45,967 bases of DNA from Gonapodya sp. JEL0774 (Eukaryota), in contig JADIIX010000157.1 in NCBI GenBank assembly GCA_027604505.1, positions 1-45,967 on the forward strand. Reading direction: 5' to 3'. Under the pieces are notes generated by a model, which was not told the DNA's origin, did no database searches, and was given only the letters and a program-made list of their open reading frames with translations. Made by a program: the position numbers and the translations under genes. Shown one piece after another: positions 39,301-45,967 of this stretch (the first letter of the stretch is position 1; each line of letters opens with the position of its first letter).

Positions 39301-40891
39301 GCCGCTACCAATTCCAAACGCGAACCATCCTAAGAAATTTACAACTCAGTCAAAGTGTTAACTCGATAAAACAGACACCGACTCGCCTGTTGTCGCTCCA
39401 TATACCTCGAAGTCAATGTACCCGGCGGCCTCATGTATCTGCCATCGCAACATAATGTAACTTCCTAGCCTGACTGATTTCCAATCACCATCCGTTTCAA
39501 CAGTCAAGGTGGCGTCCAAGGCCGAGCTCAGACGTCGCACGCGAGAAGTTGCGTCACCAACGACAGTCACATTATTGGCCGAGTTCAAAGTCGCGCCCCG
39601 CTCCAAAAGCTTCTGATAAGCCGAAGTAAAATCTTGGTAGAATAAGCTGTTGTTTGCTGCATATTGTAATGATATTTCACGATAAATCGGGTCTTGCCAA
39701 AGCGCGTAGTCCGAAACAAGCATCATTAACGTGTTATCAGAGTTATTGTACTGAACTTTGGAGTTTGGATTAACCACTGCGGTCCAATTACTATTGGAGC
39801 TCACAAGCAACGTAAAGAACTCGTTTGTGAACCTAGAGAAGGTCGGGTGCTCTGAAGTGGCGAACTCCACTCCCTTTGACGATGGACTCACCTTAGCGGA
39901 TTGTGTGTCCATGGACTGAAGAAAGCGAAAGCGAAGACAAATTCATAGGAGATCACCTGCATCGACTGAGGGACAACTTACCCAATGTAACCACTTCAGA
40001 TGCTTATGTGTGTCAGTGCATTCATAATACCCGAAAACAAACTGGGAGCAGCATTTACCTTCGATCGTAATGACACCGACCCAGTGCGTGACCACCGCCA
40101 ATGACGGCCACAACCTCACGATCGTTCAATCCCATACGAGCAAAAGTCTTCCGAATTTGAGTCGCATTGTTCGCACCCGATGGTAATCGACCAGCATTCA
40201 TCGACGAGTTGTATTCTCCGGGACTTGGACGGAGGGAGAAAATTGGCACAAGCCACCCAGACGTAGTTCTTACATAGCTCAACGACATACTTGTAGTCGA
40301 TCCTTCCGCAGCGAAATGGAACTACGGGTCCACCACTTGGTTATCAAGGGTGCGGTCGCAGATGGGTGGTGTGGACGCAGCATTCGTAGTGCTAGAATCC
40401 ACCATACCTTTCATATACCGCAACCGTCCCAGCAAAAGCCCACAAATCGGCGTAACCAATTGATGGATAGGACTCCTTTATGAGTTCCAATGCGTCAATC
40501 GAGTTTTGGAGAGATACATGACCTCCGCTAGGGGGAACCAATTTCAGAGTACCCCGAGCTCCACCGGTACCGTCAACAATACTGTACGTTCCAGCGTCAG
40601 CCCTAATTGTATCATGAGTGATGGGGTTAGTATGTTCCAACTACGGTCTTGCGAACAGACATCGTGAGGCAATCCTCACGCCAGTCAAATCAACACTCAC
40701 CATGCAAGACGTACGAGTAGCGGACCCCATCCAGCGGCCACCATCCCTGCCAGACTGTTCCGTAACTCCATCCATTCTTGAGCTGACAGACCGCATATGG
40801 ACGCGCCATCCGTAAGAGTAGGTATCAAGATGACAGCTGTAAGCAAAGTTGCGATGAGAGCAATATCCCAACGGGAGTGATGCATTGTCAT
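36371..40891 (-). CDS. Five-domain redox fusion: signal peptide, class I heme-peroxidase fold, DOMON, cytochrome b561, cytochrome b5, FNR-type (cytochrome b5 reductase-like) flavin reductase
   Basis: Peroxidase: [143 protein letters not shown]. b561 His: QIIHG, WLELH, SIHPIIG, RTLH. b5: [45 protein letters not shown]. The linkers that could be read are in frame. Confidence 0.85.
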
Positions 40892-41181
40892 CGATTAATT
40901 GAATTGATGAACGTTCAAAGTCAGATCCCTAGGCCAGGTACACAGGGGCCCAACCAGGTGTATTATTGGCGAAATGGTGCCAAAGAAGGCTCCCTCGGAA
41001 GGGTTCTTACCCAGGCATCAAGACCAGTTCATTACCGCATGTGTTATGAGGCCACCCCTCCACAAAACTGTGAAGGTTCACTCAAATTGTTATTTCCAAT
41101 GCAATTTGCGAGTCCGAGGCACAGGTGCACTACATCTCCTCTCCGAGGATGGCTGTCACCTCTGTTTGCGCCCCCGTTTGA

Positions 41182-41925
41182 ATGAAAGTCGCTGAAGCCA
41201 CCTCAAGCCCTCCTGCTGCTAATATGATTGGCACCAGGGATGGGATGGACGTCGATCTCACAACAAATGAAACGATGATGAGACCTCGTCCACGGGCCAT
41301 GCCTGCGCTCTCAATCGACGTTACAAACGCAGTAGCACAAGCAAAGGCTCGGAATGCGCTACAGAAGGCGTTGGAGGACAATCGGTCACCAACAACCATC
41401 AATACCCTCATCAAGCAACTGCAACAAACAAGCGCACCAGCCACAAAACTTTCGTCCCTCTCTGTGCTTTCAGGCATCCTCAAGCGTAAATTTGATCCCA
41501 CCAAGTACGAGATAAACACTAGGGACCCACTGCGCTCATTGGAGTCGGTTGCAGACGCACTTCAGTGTCTTGCACCTGAGATAACCGATAATGAAATCGC
41601 AAAGGCACTTGTCGAATGCTTGCCAAATGAACTAAGGGCAAAGTATGACAAGGGTAGCATGCCTATAAGCCACTACATTGACAGGCCTGCAAGACCAGCA
41701 TCGTTGGACGATATGATACACTGGGTCATGGCACATTGCTACAACCCAGCAATAGAGCACTACTTCCAGAATGCCAAGGTGCACGGAAGTTGGCCATCAG
41801 ACAAACAAGGCAATATTGTACCAACACCAGATGTGCTTGAGGACCTCATCCACTGGCACAGGGCGATGCTCAAGTATTGGACTCCGCTTTACAATAAGAC
41901 AGCCCCCAGAGAAGCTGTTCTAAAC
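41182..41925 (+). mobile_element. Possible retroelement gag/capsid-like ORF remnant
   Basis: Intronless, A-rich ORF with a capsid-like helical pattern (DPLRSLESVADALQ...EIAKALVECLPNELRAKYD...LDDMIHWV). It switches abruptly to GC-rich unrelated sequence at about 41927. No pol or LTR seen. Confidence 0.35.
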
Positions 41926-41926
41926 C

Positions 41927-42979
41927 ATGCGGCGATCATTTCGCGCGCGCCACAACACCAACAGTGGCACCTTCGACCGCTTCGCGAACGGCGACGTGCA
42001 CCACGTGGACGGGACTCCTCCCAGAGAGTCTCACTCAGCCGCATGGCTCCGCCCTCTGCTCGACGGGTGCTGGTCCCACGAGTCTGGCGTCGTCAGGGAG
42101 CTTTGGAGGCACTTCGTGCTGTTCGCCAGCTGCGCCTCCATCTCGAACCCCTCCAAGATCCCCGACTCGCAAATTGGTCAAGTCGCAGTTTTTGAGGCCA
42201 AGGGATTCAATCGGCAGGAGGCCGACGAACTGGAGGATGCGGACAAGTTCCTGTACGCGCAGGCGCTGAGTCTCCCAAGAACCATTCGCGCATAGATGAC
42301 CATCGGTTCGTCGTCCACACAATCCAACTCTTCCGCTCGGCCCTCACCGTCCACCACCTTTTCGAGGCCGGCCCCATCAAGGGCGGCAAGTTCCCAGTGG
42401 CAAGGTTCATGGACTTCCAGCTTGATCTCCCCACGGCGAGGAAGCCCGCTGTCATCAAATCCCCAACGATATCCTATGATGAGGACATTGCCGTTGTGAT
42501 GGCCGGGCATTGGAAAGGGAGGATCTCCTTCATGTCCTTCTCGAGGAAGCTGGCGCAGTCCTCGAGGACGTCAAGCGGAGAAAGTTTCATAAAGGCCCCT
42601 GACCCACGCTACTATCAAAAGGAGTATCCAGGAGCTGGATACCAAGCTGACGCAGGTCTGTCTCGACTTCCAGTTAGCAGCATTTCTCAACATCCAGGTG
42701 TGAGCGGCAGAGAACAAGGACGACGCACGTTCTGCTCAGGCTGGTATCCCGCAGAGAATGTTTACTTTCGAAGTCAGGTGTGAAATCAACAAATGCGACC
42801 AGAAGGCGATTCTCAGATTGCACCTTGCGACAAACGCCCGACTCGAGGCATTGAAGTCCCCCCAATATGAAAAAAAGTCTGAGAGTAGGCGCAGGTCTGG
42901 CAATGACGCTGTGCGGAGGCACGCTCAAGCGCAATTTAACCTCGGGGTGTGCTGCGAGCAAGGCAGGGGCGTTGAGTGA
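41927..42979 (+). pseudogene. Mosaic of broken gene fragments including a truncated Sel1-like repeat
   Basis: GC-rich coding-like segment with an apparent frameshift near 42270. It is followed by ATIKRSIQELDTKLTQVCLDFQLAAFL with an in-frame TGA at 42701, and by HAQAQFNLGVCCEQGRGVE* (Sel1-like consensus) at 42920-42979. Confidence 0.5.
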
Positions 42980-43291
42980 GTCAAGCACACGTGTGGTACC
43001 GAGAGGCCGCATTCCAGGAGTTCGAGGATGCCCTTCGGAAGCTTGGAGCAAGATGATGTATTGTTACGCAGGAACATAGGAACCTTGTAATGGGATAGGA
43101 AGGAGGGGGACGAGAATTAAATAGCATAAAGTGAGTGGAAGAAATAAACACCGTATACACATGCAAAAACGCATAAAACACAGTATTGAAGGAAGATGTA
43201 AGGTAAGGGATTGAGTGGAAAAGGATGATCGCAGTTTTACGGTGCAAGGACTCTGAGCAAACAGTTTTAGCTCCTGCCAGTCTTATCCAAT

Positions 43292-44840
43292 CTACAGCTT
43301 TAATACGGTCTTTTGAGATGCCTTCCATCCATCCAATACGTTGTTTTTGGGATTGTCCAGCCTGGCCTGGGACGCTTCGTACAGCCTTGGAATACCGGTA
43401 CTCTTGAAGTCTGCGCCTTCCATCACCATTGACGCCACACCCTTTGCGGATAAAAAGATCTGCGGCATGCCATGGCCGGTGAACCCGGCAAGCATAAACT
43501 GGTTTTGTCTCCCGGGAACGACTCCAACATGCGGTGTTGAGTCCGTGGAGTAACCCATAACTGAGACACACCAACGTTAACAACGATCTCACAACGGTAG
43601 CCAAGATAGATTGACTTACTTCCAGTCCACACCTTGTCCGTGTACGCGCCGGTATCTTCCCAACCCTTGAAGACTTTTTGCATGTACCCATCAAAGTAAT
43701 GCTTCGCCTCCTCAATCAAATTATCGTCATTGACATTGCCATACCACTTCTCCAGGTCATGGTAGTACTCTGACCTCGCACCTCCCACAACAATGCTGCC
43801 GTCCAGTCTAGGGATGAGGTATTCATACTTACTTTCCGACCATCGAATGATGTAAGAGTACGGCAGCAACGGAGCGGGAGTCTTGCCAGGGTGGATATGA
43901 CTGCATATTCCCCGCACAGGAACAATCTTTTCTGAGAACTCAGGCAGGATCGACGAAGTGTAGCCGTTGGTGGCGTACACAATGTTCTTAGCGCGCACAG
44001 TTCCCCGCGGCGTTGTGAGAGTGAGGAATCCATCTGCATCGGGCTTTTCTGTGACATTGGTCACCGGTGTGTGTGTTTGTAGGTTCACTCCAGCGGCGAG
44101 TGCCTTTTCGAGTAGCCCGATAACAAGCTTGTATGGCCACAGGTGACCGGCTGTGTATGAGAGACAACCTTTGGCTCCCTTGACGCCTGACAGCTGGTTC
44201 TGGTCAGCAATCTAAATTGACGTGATTTAGACAGGCTAACTTACTTGCTCCGCCTCTGCACCTTTTGCAAAATACACATCGCCCATCAATTTGACGCCAT
44301 GTTTCCTCAGCAACTCAACTCCAGACCTCATCTGCTCGCAGATGGACTCGGTCATCAATGCGTCGACAGCACGTGTATACACCAAGTCACAGTCAAATCC
44401 CTCAGCTTCAATAGCCTTCTTCACAGCCGCGAGGTTCTCGGCCTCGAAGTTTGCGCACTCGCCGGCAACCTCAACGCCATGGGTCAGGGCAAGAGTTGAA
44501 GGCCGGTTGTAAGGGTCAGGTTTCAAATGGCCACCTACATCAGCTCGAGATTAGCATTGGATCGATATGAAATATGCAAAGAAGTACCATTTCGGCCAGT
44601 AGCCCCAGAGCAAGCCTCTCTCGCCTCAAGAATCACAATATTCGGTGGCGGGTTCCCCTTTGCCTTGCAGATGTTGAAGATGTGGTAGACCGTCGAGACG
44701 CCTGCATATCCGGCACCAATGACGGCAATGTCGACTTGTGAGGGGATGTCAGAGGTAGACCGGTGATTGTCGAGTGGATGCGGACATGACCTCCAGAAAG
44801 AGGTCGTGGAGTTCGGAACCGGGAGCGGGGAGGGCGGCAT
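43292..44840 (-). CDS. FAD-dependent oxidoreductase, DAO family (PuuB-like)
   Basis: TTSFWR; DIAVIGAGYAGVS; ILEAREACSGATGRNG|GHLKP; AGHLWPYKL; VYATNGYT; IVPVRG; EYLIPRLDGSIVVGG; WTG|IMGYSTDSTPHVG; LAGFTGHGMP. Exons 44840-44588, 44534-44245, 44193-43620 and 43560-43292. Confidence 0.93.
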
Positions 44841-45615
44841 GGCGCTTATCCGTATCCAGAGTTTCTTAATTGGAGAGGGATACAACGAAGCAATGTGATG
44901 TGGCGAAGCTCTCATCAAAGCCCCCTGACCTGCTGTAGTAAGGACGCCATCCCCGCTTGCTAAATGTAAACCCGGCTTCACCCGAGGTTGCCTGGATTGG
45001 TTGGGTACAGGTTTCGTTCTTCAGTGGTCAATATACATTGTCCTTCATTTCCTGTCAATTGCGGATGAATTGTATTCAATCAAGACCCCAACTCGCTCCC
45101 TTGCCTACCCAACCACCCCACACTTTTGACCACTCTCCTGCTAATAGAAATTGTCAAGAGGCAATTAGGAAGTACTGCAAAACTTGTTAGAAAACTGTGT
45201 AGCGATGCATTTCAGTCAGGAGACAATTCAATTTAAGGTACAGTAGGTCGAGGAACTGAAAATGTGTGCGAGGAGTAAGTTGACGCACTTTTGCTCGGTG
45301 TAATGCCAGAAGAGGGACTGGCCTAAGCACAAGACTGGTTGTGTTGCGCCGGATGCGTGAACGGGATAGCAGTTCGCGCGGGCGTCGTCGGGACAGGACT
45401 TATAGAGAAGCATCGTTACCAGGGAGCACATCTATAACCTGTACATAGGTATGCATCGAGATACTACGAAGATGTGCGAGAGATTTCAAAAACTGGGGCC
45501 GGAGATATGTGGAGAGACTCGGAAGTCCCAGCAGAACGTACGAGGGTGTTCGAGACCAACACTAATCAACAACCGTAACCTTTTACCACGATATCAACAC
45601 TTATCGAGATCAACG

Positions 45616-45670
45616 GGGGCAGTAGACGGAGACGGGGTAGCAAAGGGGGTAGTAGACGGAGACAGGGGAG
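45616..45670. repeat. Two-copy 30-bp-period tandem repeat
   Basis: GGGGCAGTAGACGGAGACGGGG and GGGGTAGTAGACGGAGACAGGG. Confidence 0.75.
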
Positions 45671-45967
45671 GATAAGGGTGGACATGGGGGAACGCTGCAC
45701 CGGGAAAAGTGCAACATCCCTCCAGACCCTTCCCGAGCCCCCCGGAGCGACCCGGAGCGTCGGATTTGACTGGCTGCGGACCCCCTTTCCGGATTTCAGA
45801 TAGTAAATCCGGATTGACTTATGGTGCTCTCTGGAGAGAGTCAGATACAGCTCGGTTTGGTCTAGATTTGACCATCTCACATCTGACTTGCGGACTCAAA
45901 TCCAGATTATGTTCTGTATTTCCATGTATCTCTAAAGATGCGCCATGCACAATTACATAAATGCCCT

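Noticed and set aside
40603..40640. An in-frame 'HD' (CAT GAT) just upstream of ADAGTY that might supply the distal His
   Set aside because: It lies between the TACTAAC branch point and the first AG with no acceptor before it, and the spacing (HDTIRADAG) does not fit the motif.
41182..42195. 337-aa ORF as a single real protein
   Set aside because: Composition changes at about 41927 and the Arg-rich tail looks like an off-frame reading of a different fragment.
42981..43715. 244-aa - strand ORF
   Set aside because: Alternative frame overlapping the last exons and 3' region of the DAO gene.
19389..44840. Whole region as a secondary-metabolite gene cluster
   Set aside because: No PKS, NRPS or terpene backbone gene; the enzymes are interspersed with unrelated orphan genes.

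Overview
Eukaryotic, intron-rich fungal DNA. Evidence: short GT-AG introns and micro-exons, a fungus-specific Gti1/Pac2 (WOPR) transcription factor, and Arp8. The intron density suggests an early-diverging, chytrid-like lineage, but that is inference. Recognisable genes are a secreted Ser/Thr-rich glycoprotein, the WOPR regulator, an NmrA-like Rossmann protein, Arp8, an AMP-forming acyl-CoA ligase, an MFS transporter, an AstE/aspartoacylase-family zinc hydrolase, a double-HotDog thioesterase and a DAO-family FAD oxidoreductase. There are also several hypothetical proteins, a Tc1/mariner-type MITE, a likely pseudogene flanked by repeats, and a gag-like/gene-fragment mosaic. The standout is a spliced gene at 36371-40891 (-). 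It appears to encode in one polypeptide: signal peptide, class I (CcP/APX-like) heme-peroxidase fold, heme DOMON, cytochrome b561 membrane domain, cytochrome b5 and FNR-type flavin reductase. That would be a complete trans-membrane electron wire. After splicing, its peroxidase domain has the catalytic distal His replaced by Ala (RLAW-A-DAGT). All exon boundaries were inferred by eye and are approximate.
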